DNA from: Planctomycetota bacterium
GTDB taxonomy: Bacteria; Planctomycetota; UBA8108; SXIK01
Assembly: GCA_965223265.1 (NCBI GenBank)
Contig: OZ244999.1
Coordinates: forward strand, 7,488,001 to 7,552,000
Direction of reading: 5' to 3'
Length of the DNA stretch: 64,000 nt
Positions 37,865-48,434 of the stretch are shown here, piece by piece (positions within the stretch are counted from its first letter, which is position 1; each line of letters starts with the position of its first letter). The notes beneath the pieces were generated by a model that worked only from the letters and a program-made list of their open reading frames with translations, made no database searches and was not told the DNA's origin. Position numbers and translations under genes: made by a program.

Positions 37865-38440
37865 TCAGAAGTAGTCAGGCTCGTTTCCGGCCTTCCACTT
37901 GATGTTGCAACCAACACTGTTCTTTTGATCTTGTGAAGGAGTGTCGCCGCGAACGACCGCGTCGAGTGCGGCGCGCAGATCCGCACCAGTCACCGGCACA
38001 CCACTCTCCGGACGACTTTCGTCGTATTGGCCTCGGTACACGAGCCGGTGGCCCTTGTCGTAGAGAAAGAAATCAGGAGTGCACGCCGCGCGGTATTCCT
38101 TCGCCACCTCTTGCGTTTCGTCGTAGAGGTATGGAAACGTGTAGCCGACAGCTTTCACTTCTTCTGCCATCTTTTCGGCGCTATCGTCAGGGTGCGTCGT
38201 GACGTCATTCGAGCTGATGCCGACGCACGCAACACCGCGCTCTTGGTACTCCGTCGTGAGGCGTGCGAGGTCATCACGCAAGTGCTTGACGTAAGGACAA
38301 TGGTTGCAGATGAAGAAAACGCAAATTGGCTTGCCGGCGAAATCGTCGCGACGCACCGTTTGCCCTGTGGTGACGTCGGGTAAAGCGAAGTCCGGCGCTG
38401 GCGTGCCAAGGGCAACCATGGTGGATGGCTTGAGGACCAT
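37865..38440 (-). CDS. Thioredoxin/AhpC-TSA (PRX-like1) family protein
   Basis: APDFALPD, FICNHCPYV, FPYLYDETQEVAK, ACTPDFF, YRGQYD, GCNIKWK. Confidence 0.9.
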   Translation of the reverse strand: MVLKPSTMVALGTPAPDFALPDVTTGQTVRRDDFAGKPICVFFICNHCPYVKHLRDDLARLTTEYQERGVACVGISSNDVTTHPDDSAEKMAEEVKAVGYTFPYLYDETQEVAKEYRAACTPDFFLYDKGHRLVYRGQYDESRPESGVPVTGADLRAALDAVVRGDTPSQDQKNSVGCNIKWKAGNEPDYF

Positions 38441-38590
38441 GAAGCTCTCCGCTGTGAGTGGCCAAAAGAGTCGGGTTTGAATGAACGAGTTGTTGACAGT
38501 TCGTTGGAAGATGGCGCAGGGCGCGCGACGCATCAAGCTCGTTATTGCAATGACTCCGAAGTTCGAAACGCGAGGGCAAGCAACGACGGC

Positions 38591-39865
38591 TCACTTCGCC
38601 TTGAATGGACTGCGTTCTGGTGCCTCCGCATGCGGAACCACTCGCAGTAGTTTCCTGACGACAAAGTTGACGAACGGAAGTCGATGACGGAGCCAGCAAC
38701 GAAACGGTACAGGCTCTGCCCCAAGCCGGGACTTGGGCTCGAGTGCGGTGCGGCCGAACGAAACGCGCCGACAGCCAAGCCGCATGGCGTCTTCCACGGT
38801 AGCGTAAAGCAAACGCAAGTAGACGGGAGCTGACTCGTTCGCAGCTCGGTCGTAGCCGATGTAATAGGCCACGGCCGTGTCCTCGTCGTCTCTCAGTGTA
38901 GTCACGAATCCATGCAAGCGGTCAGCGTCACGCACGACTGTGCAGCGAAAGTCACCGCCAAGCGCCTGCGAAAGCCGACCGAGATACTCGGGCGCCAGAG
39001 AGACGAGCCGGACGCTCGCTTCGGCCCGCACCTGCTCGTAGAGACCATGAACCGCGTCCGTGTGTCGATGCACGTCACCAAGCTCTTCGACCGTGAGTCC
39101 AGCCGCGTCGATCTGGCGAAACACTTTCCTCGCCGCTTTGCGGTAGCGAGCATTCAAAGCACCGAGGTAATCGTCGAACGTGTGGCAATCAGCAGGGAGA
39201 GTGAGGAGCATATTCGGCTCGGTCTCCAGGGGGCGATAGCTGAAACGTTTGAGTGCGTCGATCCCCACCTCCGTGTCATCATGGAGATCCTTGACCAAGA
39301 TTAGATCGGTCTGTCCAGAAAGGCGATCAGCACGCCGAATCCGGTAGAGCGCCTCAGCGACCCCAGGCCAGACGTCGTCAGGACGTTCACCGCGGCGAAA
39401 CGCGACACCATGCGTGCCCCATGAAAGAAGATTGCCACAGACGAGAGTACGTACCGTGACGCGCTCGGTGATTTTTTTCAGCGCGTCGGTTGAAGCAGGC
39501 GCAGGACGCTCGGCACTCGCGCCCTCTGCCGAGGGAGCGCCCACCTCTGAATCGTCGCCGTCCTTGTAGAGCTGAGACGCAGAGATGGTCAGAAGCTGCG
39601 CCGAGACAGCTGCCACCGGCTTCTCGTGACGAAAAACCAGGGCATAGCGCGGCTGTAGTCTCGGCGGCGGAGCTAACTCCAACGCCTCCAGGTACCGCCG
39701 GCTCATGAATATGGACGCGTCGGTGAGAACGGAGTCCCACGGTTCGGGCGGCACGAAACGAATGCTGTCGGCGAGCAAGAACTGAAAGCCGCTGGGACGA
39801 TGGCGGTCACGATGGCGCCTGTGCGTCTCGCCGAGTTTTCGAGCGGCCTTCTTTCTCTTCGCCAT
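38591..39865 (-). CDS. GNAT/FemAB-like acyltransferase fold protein
   Basis: FDDYLGALNARYRK, AYYIGYD, VYLRLL, SFGRTALEPKSRLGA. Confidence 0.7.
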   Translation of the reverse strand: MAKRKKAARKLGETHRRHRDRHRPSGFQFLLADSIRFVPPEPWDSVLTDASIFMSRRYLEALELAPPPRLQPRYALVFRHEKPVAAVSAQLLTISASQLYKDGDDSEVGAPSAEGASAERPAPASTDALKKITERVTVRTLVCGNLLSWGTHGVAFRRGERPDDVWPGVAEALYRIRRADRLSGQTDLILVKDLHDDTEVGIDALKRFSYRPLETEPNMLLTLPADCHTFDDYLGALNARYRKAARKVFRQIDAAGLTVEELGDVHRHTDAVHGLYEQVRAEASVRLVSLAPEYLGRLSQALGGDFRCTVVRDADRLHGFVTTLRDDEDTAVAYYIGYDRAANESAPVYLRLLYATVEDAMRLGCRRVSFGRTALEPKSRLGAEPVPFRCWLRHRLPFVNFVVRKLLRVVPHAEAPERSPFKAK

Positions 39866-40034
39866 CCTCTCTCCGTGAAACATCTCTTCGGATTGCTCTG
39901 GATTATAGCGAGGACGCACCGCGAACGAATAGTTCCATCGCCTGAAGGCGGGGAGGCCTAAGTGTCCCGGCGCCTCGTCACGGAGCGCCGAACGCGCTGC
40001 ACGGCTGAGAATTCTTCAAAACGCCCGTCGAAAC

Positions 40035-40218
40035 TCACGGTCACGGCTCACGATTCACCGTCCACGGTCATGGTCACGGTCCCTACAGTTGCATAAGTTT
40101 TCGCAAGAAGGGCTCGGAAATCGTCCCGCGCGCCGTTGTTGACTCCAAGCGACGTCGCGCGTACGCCACGCACTCGCAGTCCCACTCCCACGCCCACTCG
40201 CACTCGGGAACGGGAACG
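40035..40218. repeat. Two degenerate hexamer tracts (TCACGG-type 40035-40083; CACTCG/CACTCC/GGAACG-type 40167-40218)
   Basis: tcacggtcacggctcacgattcaccgtccacggtcatggtcacggt and cactcgcagtcccactcccacgcccactcgcactcgggaacgggaacg. Confidence 0.7.
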
Positions 40219-40221
40219 CAG

Positions 40222-40297
40222 GGTCCGAACCGGGTACATAGGTGACAGAATAGACCGGCGACATAGGTGACACTTCAGTCCCACGACATGGGTGACA
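40222..40297. mobile_element. Orphan IS481-family-like terminus with three subterminal direct repeats
   Basis: GGTCCGAACCGGGT then ACATAGGTGACA (40236), ACATAGGTGACA (40261), ACATGGGTGACA (40286) at exact 25 bp spacing; the reverse complement TGTCACCYATGT...CCGG resembles IS481 ends; no transposase. Confidence 0.65.
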
Positions 40298-40406
40298 CCG
40301 GTCGGCTATTCGTGGTCCACCGCTTTCGAGCGCTGACGGAGACGCCAAGTCGACCTGGCGACGAACCTCCGAGCTCGCACTTGACAGGCGCGGCGCGGTT
40401 GGCAGC

Positions 40407-43400
40407 ATGACCATGTTCAACCCTCGGACGCGGACCACTATGATGCTCGCTGACCATGAAGATCGTGAACGCGCTGTCACCGATTTGCACTCCAATCTTG
40501 TCGTCACAGCCGGCGCCGGGACTGGCAAGACGAGCCTCCTGGTTGAACGCATCCTGTTCGCGCTTCTCGAGGCAGGGGTACCTCTCGATCGGATCGCCGT
40601 CATCACTTTCACAGAGAAGGCCGCGAGTGAACTCCGTGAGCGCCTGGAAGAATCTCTAGAGCGCTGTCTTGAGATCGCGTCAGAGGCGACGACGAAACAC
40701 TCCGACTTCGACGCATCGCACGAAGCAGGTCGTGTCTGCGCTCGTCTCTCCCAAACTGCGCAGCATCATCTTCGCGAACGGACACAGGCAGCGCTGCGCA
40801 ACCTTGACGCCGCCGCAGTGAGTACGATTCATAGCTTCGCGGCGGAGCTCCTCCGTCGCCATCATGAGGCCGCGGGGGTCGATTCACATTTTGTGATCGA
40901 CGCCGACGATGCTGGATTTAAGGCAGTTTTCAACACCGCCTGGGAAGAGTTCGTCGATGCCTCACTAAGCACGGACACAGCTGCGCCGCCGTGGCAACGA
41001 TTGCTCGGAAAACTGTACGTCGAGGACCTCGAATCGATCGCGCTTCGCCTCTGTCGATTCGACCTGCCGCCGGGAGTGCTGCAGCGATCCTCGGCGGACG
41101 TCGAGTTGAGATTCGCAGTCGCGGTCGCCAAGAGCGCGCTTTCAGAGCTGCAGTCGATCGAATCTGAGATCGAGGTGGCGGCGGATGGATTGAACACCAA
41201 TTTTCGAGTTAACCTCGACACGCTCAAGCGCCTCCTCGAAGAGACGGTTCAGAATCACAAGCTACCTGAGCAGCTCGAACTGCAGCAACTGACGGCAAAG
41301 CCGACGCCCGGAATTCACAGTGGGGTCGCCGATCCCGATGATTTGCGAGACCGTCTCGGCGCCGTGCGCCGACTGACTCTGGAGCTCGCCGCGGCCGACC
41401 TGGACGCAATGCCGCAATTGAACGAGCTTCTTTCGCCGTTCGTCGAAGAAGTGCGGCGGCGATATCTGAACGAAGGATGGCTGTCGCACGATGCGACGAT
41501 CCGTCTCACGCGCGACGTGTTGGCACACCATCCGTCCGTGCAGCGCCAAGAAGCCGGACGCTATCGACAGCTCCTGATCGACGAGTTCCAAGACACTGAC
41601 CCTGTGCAGTACGAAATCGCGTTCCTTTTGGCAGCGGCGGAACCCACAGGGCTCGACGATGGAGACGCTTTCGGGCTTCCTTTGGCGCCGGGACGGCTCT
41701 TTATCGTGGGTGATGCGAAACAATCCATTTATCGTTTCCGCGGTGCAGACATTTCGGCATACCAAAAAGCTGTCGACGCGATCTGCAGCCAAGGCGGGGC
41801 GCTGTTGACGCTGGCGACAAACTTTCGCAGCACTCGCCAAGTCATCGAACCGCTGAATCGACTCTTCGAGCACTACTTCGACGATCTCGCGGCCGATGAC
41901 GACTCCGCTTCGCCGAGATACGCGCCCCTGCGCACGCAGCGTGAGCAGCAGGACACCGCCGCCGCGGTCGAGATCTGGACCGTCGGGGAAAACGATCAGA
42001 GCGCCGCCGAACGGCGTCGTGCGGAAGCCGACGCGATCGCGGTCGCCCTCAAGGAGACGCTCGCCTCCCAGACCGCACGAGCAGGAGACTGCGCCATCCT
42101 GCTGCGAGCGCTGACTGAAGTTGACATCTACCTTCGCGCTCTGCGGCAATGCGGCATTCCATACGTCGTCGAGGGCGGCAAAGGTTTCTTCGAGCGCTAC
42201 GAGGTCGAACTCTTCGTGGCTTGCCTCCTCGCTATGGAAGAGACTTCCGATCCGATTCCGTTGCTCGCGTATCTGCGCTCACCGCTCGGCGCAGTCCCGG
42301 ATCGAGAACTGCAGGAGTACGCCCTCGGCGCGACTGAGCGCCGTGAGCGCTGGACGCTGCGCGCCGAGCCTGATCCAGAGAACTTTCCATCTCTTGCGCG
42401 TGCGCTGGCTTCGCTGCGCGAGTTCAAAACTCGGCATCTCGGCGAACCCCTCGACCGCATCGCGCTCGCACTCCTCGAAGAAACGCCACTTCGGATTGCC
42501 ATGGCGAGCTCGTACGAGGGCGCTCAGCGCGTCGCGAACCTCGAGAAGGCCGTTCTGCACACGTGCGAGTTAGTCCAGCGGGGCAACCTGACCAACCGGG
42601 AAATCCTGCAGCACATCCAGGAACACGACGCCGCCGAGAACCAAGAAGCGGACAGCCCACTCGCCGACGAGTCGGTGGACGCAGTTCGCGTTCTGTCGAT
42701 TCACAAGTCAAAAGGCTTGGAGTGGCCCATCGTCATCATCCCCGATCTGTCACGAGACGACGGCGGGCCACGTTTCGTGACATCTCAGATCGGCGTGGTG
42801 TCGTTAAGTCGAGCCTCTACCAGCGATGCCGCGGCCTCGACGATCTACCTGCGACAGGGGGACGTCGTCACGCCATCGTACTTCTTGCATCGCGAGGAGG
42901 AACGACGTCAGGCGATCGCTGAAAACGCGCGACTTTTCTACGTCGGCACCACCCGTGCTCGCGACCGCCTGATCCTCCTGGTGGGCAGTGGCGACGCCAT
43001 GCAGAGGGTGCCGCCTCCGTGGCTGAAAGCGTTGCGGACGTGGGGATACCCTGACAGTCTCGACAACGCTATCTCCTGCGATTTGGCTCCCGGAGTGCGG
43101 CACGTGAACTGGGGGAAACCGAAGCTCCCGAACGACCGACCGGAGACGGCAACAGGAAAGTCGTTGTTGCTGCGGGCTGCGCGCGCGTTCGGGGAAGCAC
43201 GCCAGTCCATGGGGCTGGAGACGCGGACGGAATTCCATTCACCAAGCGGGTCTGCTGTGGAAGGCGCTCCAGATTCCAGCCGTCGAGGCGGTCGGAGGGA
43301 AGTGACCGGTGGTGACGCGGCTACAACCCAGCGCGCCGCGGATGAAAGCGAAGCGGACGACGGCAAGCTGATCGGAACGACGCTTCATCTTCTACTGGAA

Positions 43401-43841
43401 GCGTGGGACGGCATCGATCACCAATGGCTGGAGCGAAACGTGGAGCGCGCCGTCGCCGTGGTCATGCGGAATTCCGCTAGGGATTCCGCTGCAATCGCCG
43501 CCGCTGTTCGCGCTCGGCTAGGGGCCGCCGCAGCCAACGGTGTGCTCGGCGAGCTTCAGAAGATCAACGTTCTCGGCAGAGAGGTGCCACTCCTCTTTCG
43601 CGACAGTGCCGGTCGGTTGTGGGACGGGCATTTGGATCTCATCGGCGGCACGCCGGACAGCCCCTGTGTGGTCGACTACAAGTCAAACGCCGGACGGAGC
43701 CTCGAAGAGCTTCGTGCGCTATACCATGAGCAGCTTTCAGTCTATACAGAAGGGCTGCGCGCAGCGCTTTCGTGCGACATCACACCACCGGCGAAGATCG
43801 TACCGCTCACCGAAGGCGAGGGCGAGCTGACGCCGCCGTGA
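40407..43841 (+). CDS. addA: AddA/RecB-like UvrD-family helicase with C-terminal PD-(D/E)XK nuclease
   Basis: AGAGTGKT, TFTEKAA, STIHSF, IDEFQDT, VGDAKQSIYRFRGAD, NFRS, SIHKSKGLE, YVGTTRARD; nuclease GTTLH...GHLDL...VVDYKS...QLSVY. Confidence 0.8.
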   Translation: MTMFNPRTRTTMMLADHEDRERAVTDLHSNLVVTAGAGTGKTSLLVERILFALLEAGVPLDRIAVITFTEKAASELRERLEESLERCLEIASEATTKHSDFDASHEAGRVCARLSQTAQHHLRERTQAALRNLDAAAVSTIHSFAAELLRRHHEAAGVDSHFVIDADDAGFKAVFNTAWEEFVDASLSTDTAAPPWQRLLGKLYVEDLESIALRLCRFDLPPGVLQRSSADVELRFAVAVAKSALSELQSIESEIEVAADGLNTNFRVNLDTLKRLLEETVQNHKLPEQLELQQLTAKPTPGIHSGVADPDDLRDRLGAVRRLTLELAAADLDAMPQLNELLSPFVEEVRRRYLNEGWLSHDATIRLTRDVLAHHPSVQRQEAGRYRQLLIDEFQDTDPVQYEIAFLLAAAEPTGLDDGDAFGLPLAPGRLFIVGDAKQSIYRFRGADISAYQKAVDAICSQGGALLTLATNFRSTRQVIEPLNRLFEHYFDDLAADDDSASPRYAPLRTQREQQDTAAAVEIWTVGENDQSAAERRRAEADAIAVALKETLASQTARAGDCAILLRALTEVDIYLRALRQCGIPYVVEGGKGFFERYEVELFVACLLAMEETSDPIPLLAYLRSPLGAVPDRELQEYALGATERRERWTLRAEPDPENFPSLARALASLREFKTRHLGEPLDRIALALLEETPLRIAMASSYEGAQRVANLEKAVLHTCELVQRGNLTNREILQHIQEHDAAENQEADSPLADESVDAVRVLSIHKSKGLEWPIVIIPDLSRDDGGPRFVTSQIGVVSLSRASTSDAAASTIYLRQGDVVTPSYFLHREEERRQAIAENARLFYVGTTRARDRLILLVGSGDAMQRVPPPWLKALRTWGYPDSLDNAISCDLAPGVRHVNWGKPKLPNDRPETATGKSLLLRAARAFGEARQSMGLETRTEFHSPSGSAVEGAPDSSRRGGRREVTGGDAATTQRAADESEADDGKLIGTTLHLLLEAWDGIDHQWLERNVERAVAVVMRNSARDSAAIAAAVRARLGAAAANGVLGELQKINVLGREVPLLFRDSAGRLWDGHLDLIGGTPDSPCVVDYKSNAGRSLEELRALYHEQLSVYTEGLRAALSCDITPPAKIVPLTEGEGELTPP

Positions 43842-43930
43842 GCTGGTAGGCGCAGAACGGACCGGCGTCACCAAAGCCGACCGTCGTTCACGCATTCGGG
43901 TGCGGCGACCCGGCGACACGAGTCCACCAC

Positions 43931-44440
43931 CTATCCGTCGGACTTACCCTCGGATTTATCCTCGGTCGTGAAGTCGTCGAGCCAGCGCGAGGTCCAATAC
44001 TCCAGAACTTCCAACGCATCGCGGGCTTCAGCGGGAACTTCCCGGGACGACGACGAGGCGGAGGATGAACTCAATTTCAGCTTTTTGGATGGGGCCTTGG
44101 CGACGGAATTCGACGGCTTCTCAGGCTTCGCGTCTGGAGCGACTTTTGGTTCGGGCTCAAGATCACCTCCAGCCAGAAAGCTCTTCATCGCATCGGCGCT
44201 TGAGAAGCGGCGATCGAACTGCTCGACGCAAACCGCGACGTCGATCCGTGAACAAGCGAGGACTTCGTGGATACGCTCGGTGGGAAAGCCGTACGCCCTG
44301 AGAAGCAGGATCGCACGCAGCTTCGCTGCGACGTCGGGTGACGACACAAGCGGCGTCGCCGACGGCTCAGCCTGCTTCAGTTGGCGTCTCAGAAAACGCT
44401 TCAGAAGAAGGCGCAGCTCGGAGCTAACTTCGGTTCCCAT
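43931..44440 (-). CDS. Hypothetical protein (helical N-terminus, low-complexity linker)
   Basis: Fills the gap downstream of fbaB on the same strand, with GAGGT upstream of ATG 44440; no recognised motif. Confidence 0.5.
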   Translation of the reverse strand: MGTEVSSELRLLLKRFLRRQLKQAEPSATPLVSSPDVAAKLRAILLLRAYGFPTERIHEVLACSRIDVAVCVEQFDRRFSSADAMKSFLAGGDLEPEPKVAPDAKPEKPSNSVAKAPSKKLKLSSSSASSSSREVPAEARDALEVLEYWTSRWLDDFTTEDKSEGKSDG

Positions 44441-44532
44441 AACACGGACCTCGCGGAGTCGATTACGCTCGAGATTAGCATCCTTCCACGCGTAGCGTCG
44501 AATCCGCGAGCGTCGAGGTGATGGGCCCCCTC

Positions 44533-45582
44533 TCACGCCACTGTGACAGCCTCGTCCCTGTACACATCCTGGACGGCGTGGAGCAGCGCCACTCCATCCT
44601 TAAGAGGCCTCTGGAACGCCTTACGCCCCAGGATCAGCCCCATACCACCGGCGCGCTTGTTGATGACCGCCGTACGCACAGCCTCCGCCAGATCGTCGGC
44701 ACCTGACGCGCCACCAGAATTGATCAAGCCGATGCGCCCCATGTAGCAGTTTGCCACCTGATAGCGCACCAGGTCGATTGGATGGTCACTCGAGAGTCGT
44801 TCGTAGACCCACTTGTGGGTCTTCCCGAAACCAAGCTCAGTAAATCCGCGATTACAGTCTGCAAGCTTCTGCTTGACGATGTCGGCGCCGATGGTGACGC
44901 CGAGATGGTTCGCTTGCCCTGTCAGATCGGCCGCACTGTGATAGTCGTCTCCGCCTTTTTTGAAGGCGGAGTTACGTAGGTAGCACCAGAGGATCGTGAC
45001 TAGGCCGAGTTCATGTGCCTGACTGAACGCCTCGCTAATCTCCTCAATCTGGCGGCGCGACTCTTCCGAACCGAAGTAGATCGTCGCACCGACGGCAACC
45101 GCACCAAGGTCAAACGCTTGCTGGACGTCGGCAAACGGAGTTTGGTCGTAGTTGGCCGGGTAGGAGAGCAGTTCGTTGTGGTTCAGCTTGACGATGAACG
45201 GGATCTTGTGAGCATACTTCCGTGCCACCGCGCCAAGCGCACCGAACGTCGAAGCTACAGCGTTACATCCGCCCTCGATTGCCAGCTCAACGATGTTGGC
45301 TGGATCGAAGTAGACCGGGTTCGGGGCGAACGATGCACCGGCAGCGTGCTCGATCCCCTGGTCCACAGGAAGAATGGAGAGGTAGCCGGTCCCTCCGAGG
45401 CGGCCATGATCGAAGAGTGTCTGCAGATTCCGTAGCACGGGGGCCGGACGGTCCGTCGCGCTAAAGACCCGGTCGACAAAATCCGGCCCAGGGAGATGAA
45501 GCGACTCTTTCGCGATCGCTGGCTGCGAAAAACCCACCAGTCGCTCGTAGTCGCTCGCGAGCAACTTCTCCAGCTGGCTCAT
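44533..45582 (-). CDS. fbaB: Class I fructose-bisphosphate aldolase (DhnA/FbaB)
   Basis: [69 protein letters not shown]. Confidence 0.93.
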   Translation of the reverse strand: MSQLEKLLASDYERLVGFSQPAIAKESLHLPGPDFVDRVFSATDRPAPVLRNLQTLFDHGRLGGTGYLSILPVDQGIEHAAGASFAPNPVYFDPANIVELAIEGGCNAVASTFGALGAVARKYAHKIPFIVKLNHNELLSYPANYDQTPFADVQQAFDLGAVAVGATIYFGSEESRRQIEEISEAFSQAHELGLVTILWCYLRNSAFKKGGDDYHSAADLTGQANHLGVTIGADIVKQKLADCNRGFTELGFGKTHKWVYERLSSDHPIDLVRYQVANCYMGRIGLINSGGASGADDLAEAVRTAVINKRAGGMGLILGRKAFQRPLKDGVALLHAVQDVYRDEAVTVA

Positions 45583-45677
45583 AGCAAGACTCCATGATAT
45601 CGTCGTAGGTTCGCCGACAAGCTCAGTGCACGAAGAAACAGAGAATACCGCGCTCTCCCGCGGAGAAAAGTCAAATC

Positions 45678-46829
45678 TTGCCCCCATCTCCACGGTCCGT
45701 ATCGACACCTCCGGAACTTCTCGAAGCACTGAAGGACGAACTTGGAGATCGCGACGTGTCTTTGCGGCGGGAGCGAAGCGCGCTCGAAGAACTGTTCACG
45801 CTCTTCACTCAAGCGAGGGCTCAATTGCCGCGGCGCGGATACTTGAGCGTGCCGAAACTACGCCGCGCCTACTTGCGCTACCACACACCGCTGAACTTCG
45901 CGCGCGCCTCCCATCTTTTGCGCCACGTGCGCACTCTTCACCCTTCGATCGACGCGGTCGATCACGTCGTCGACCTCGGCTGCGGACCTGGAAGTGCAGC
46001 GCTCGCCACGTTCTACTCACTCCCCCGAGACCGGGCTCGGAGCTACGTGCTTCACGACCGAAACCGCGGGATTCTACAGACCGCAAAACGACTCTTCGGA
46101 CGCTGCGCCGCGGCGACAGAAGCGGACGCCTCCGTTGCGGCGGTGTCAACACTCACATCCGGTTGGCCAAAACTACCTGTCGTCGCGCCGAGGTCGCTCG
46201 TCTGGTTGTCGATGGTATTGAACGAGCTACCTCGGTGGCGCGAGTCTCGAGCTGCAGAACCGACGGCCGAGCTTTTGACCCGTAGGATCTCCCCCGGTAG
46301 CGTGCTCATCGTCATAGAACCTGCGCTGCGGGGTGCGGGACGCGAACTGCTCCGACTGCACGACGCGTTGATCGCGGAACGGCAGTGGACCGTCATCGCG
46401 CCGTGCACGCACCAGCTCCAGTGCCCACTCCTCAGCGATCGTGGACGCTCATGGTGCCATTTTCACTTCCACTGGCACGCGCCGCCCTTCGTTACGGAGG
46501 TCGCCTCACCATTAGGACTGGCGACGCCCCGGGTGTCGTACTCGTACCTCGTCGCGATCCGCGGTGACGGCTCTTCGGCGAACAAGGTCGTGCCAGGGAA
46601 GGATCCGCTGGCGCGGGTGATCGGCGACCCCATGCCGCTGCGCGGCGGCCGCCGTGGCGTCTACGTCTGCCGGCAAGGACATCGTGAAATCATCGAGAAT
46701 CCCGACCACAATTTCGAACGCGGCGATATTTTGGTGACGTCGGATAAGGCTCGACCGCGCCGCCACACGCCCTGGCAGAACAGGAGTCAAAGCGGCCGCG
46801 CACGTTCGCGACGAACCGGTCGCAAGTAA
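45678..46829 (+). CDS. Rsm22/METTL17-family SAM-dependent methyltransferase-like protein
   Basis: [17 protein letters not shown] motif, [15 protein letters not shown]...WCHF, YSYL, VYVC. Confidence 0.78.
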   Translation: MPPSPRSVSTPPELLEALKDELGDRDVSLRRERSALEELFTLFTQARAQLPRRGYLSVPKLRRAYLRYHTPLNFARASHLLRHVRTLHPSIDAVDHVVDLGCGPGSAALATFYSLPRDRARSYVLHDRNRGILQTAKRLFGRCAAATEADASVAAVSTLTSGWPKLPVVAPRSLVWLSMVLNELPRWRESRAAEPTAELLTRRISPGSVLIVIEPALRGAGRELLRLHDALIAERQWTVIAPCTHQLQCPLLSDRGRSWCHFHFHWHAPPFVTEVASPLGLATPRVSYSYLVAIRGDGSSANKVVPGKDPLARVIGDPMPLRGGRRGVYVCRQGHREIIENPDHNFERGDILVTSDKARPRRHTPWQNRSQSGRARSRRTGRK

Positions 46830-46849
46830 AGGAAGTCAATTGGGACGAT

Positions 46850-47467
46850 ATGAAAGCGCGCAAATACGGCGTCCTGGCGCCACACGAAAAAGCTCTCGGG
46901 ATCCTTTCGATTCTCATGTTGATCGGGTGGGTCTTCGCGCTATTCGCAAGTGGTGGAGCCGAGACCGAAACCGAGGCGTTTCCGTGGTTCGACGTGCTCT
47001 CCATCGTCGGCTGCTTCGCTGTGGTCGCGATGCTTATGCTGAAGCTCAATTGTATCGAGTTCGTACCCGCCTCCGTGCGTGACTCGGTCATCGCCACTGC
47101 GACGCTTCTGCCTGCGCTCGGATTCTTGATTCAAGAGCTGACTGGGCTCGTCGCACTTTTCACGATCGGCGGTGCGATCGTGCTCGCTTACGTTTCGGTG
47201 ACATTCTGCTGGCGACAAGTGTTCGAGCAGCGATCGGCTGCGTCCTCCCCAGCCGCACCTGCGTCTCCCTCTCCACCTTCGTCTGACAGCACGGAGGCTG
47301 AAAACAAAGCCGAGGCGGCGACGCGGATGGAATCGCAGCCGGCGACGCAGACGCACCCCGCTGCGCCGGTCCCGGAGAAGCCGGACGCGCCCTCGCGACC
47401 GCCGGACTCCGGCGTGGAGAAGGCACCGCGGTCCAGTGGGACATCAGGCGAACCCCAGGCGGAGTAG
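46850..47467 (+). CDS. Hypothetical membrane protein (about 4 TM) with Pro/Ser-rich tail
   Basis: Hydrophobic segments followed by a low-complexity C-terminus. Confidence 0.6.
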   Translation: MKARKYGVLAPHEKALGILSILMLIGWVFALFASGGAETETEAFPWFDVLSIVGCFAVVAMLMLKLNCIEFVPASVRDSVIATATLLPALGFLIQELTGLVALFTIGGAIVLAYVSVTFCWRQVFEQRSAASSPAAPASPSPPSSDSTEAENKAEAATRMESQPATQTHPAAPVPEKPDAPSRPPDSGVEKAPRSSGTSGEPQAE

Positions 47468-47571
47468 GAACCGATCGGCGGTGAGCGTGCCGCACCCTGC
47501 GAGCCTGCGATCGGGCGTTGCGGGGCGAAACGACCGAACTCGAGCTCACGGCTCGAACCGGACGGCGCGAA

Positions 47572-48366
47572 CTATATCTCGCCAGGCACCGGGGAGTCCT
47601 TCAGATTCAGCTGTTTCTCAAGCTTTTGCTCGAGAAACAGGGCCTGATCAGGTGTCTCGAGACCCCCGATGAGGTGGACGTCGTTACCGTCTTTGAGTCT
47701 GACGACCACGCTATAGAACCGTTGACCCTCCAGGTCGACGCGCGCTCTCGCAGCGTCGTGGGACCGCCGCGGACGCGTGCGGTAATACCGCGTGTATTTT
47801 GTCTCGCGGCTGTAGATCTGATCGATCGCGTCGCGCGCGATGACGCGTCCGCGGCGAAACGGTAGGGGCCCGTGCCGCACCGTGATATCGAAATCTTGCG
47901 CCCGAATGGTCGTCCGATTGGCCACAGCGACGAGAACTCGGTAGACAAGAAAAGCCCCGATCAATAGGAGGAGAATCGGGACCAGTCGCAACATGATCGG
48001 ACCTTCTTCGTCCCAAGTCGAACGTAAGGCCATCAGCGCGAAGCCGATCCAAATCGCAGCAAAGACACCGACGACGAACACTCTGCCGCGGAACCAGCGA
48101 AACTGAATGCGCACGTCCCAGCCGGAATCTTCGAACGACCAGCGCGCCGGCAACGGAACGTTGTCGAGGCGGCGGCGCGGCGGTCTGTCGAGGACGCGAC
48201 TCTCGGCGACTTCCTCGATCGCTGGTTCGTCCTCAGGGGCACGAACGCCAGGATGCTCGACGAGATCGAAAACCGCATGACAGTTGCGACACTTCGCCAG
48301 CTGCGTGGAGAGATTGATATCATCCGCCTCGATGAGGGCGCTGCAGACACGGCAGTGGATTTGCAT
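47572..48366 (-). CDS. Zinc-ribbon-containing membrane protein
   Basis: CRVC...CRNC at the N-terminus, two TM helices, C-terminal QALFLEQKLEKQLNLKDSPVPGE. Confidence 0.65.
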   Translation of the reverse strand: MQIHCRVCSALIEADDINLSTQLAKCRNCHAVFDLVEHPGVRAPEDEPAIEEVAESRVLDRPPRRRLDNVPLPARWSFEDSGWDVRIQFRWFRGRVFVVGVFAAIWIGFALMALRSTWDEEGPIMLRLVPILLLLIGAFLVYRVLVAVANRTTIRAQDFDITVRHGPLPFRRGRVIARDAIDQIYSRETKYTRYYRTRPRRSHDAARARVDLEGQRFYSVVVRLKDGNDVHLIGGLETPDQALFLEQKLEKQLNLKDSPVPGEI

Positions 48367-48434
48367 GACAAGCTCGATTTCGACTCACGGTAAAATGGAG
48401 CCTTATCGTATCGCAGCGGCTCCGGAAATCGAAG

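Noticed and set aside
40236-40297. Mini CRISPR array
   Set aside because: Repeats are 12 bp with 13 bp spacers, far too short; no cas genes; the pattern fits IS subterminal repeats.
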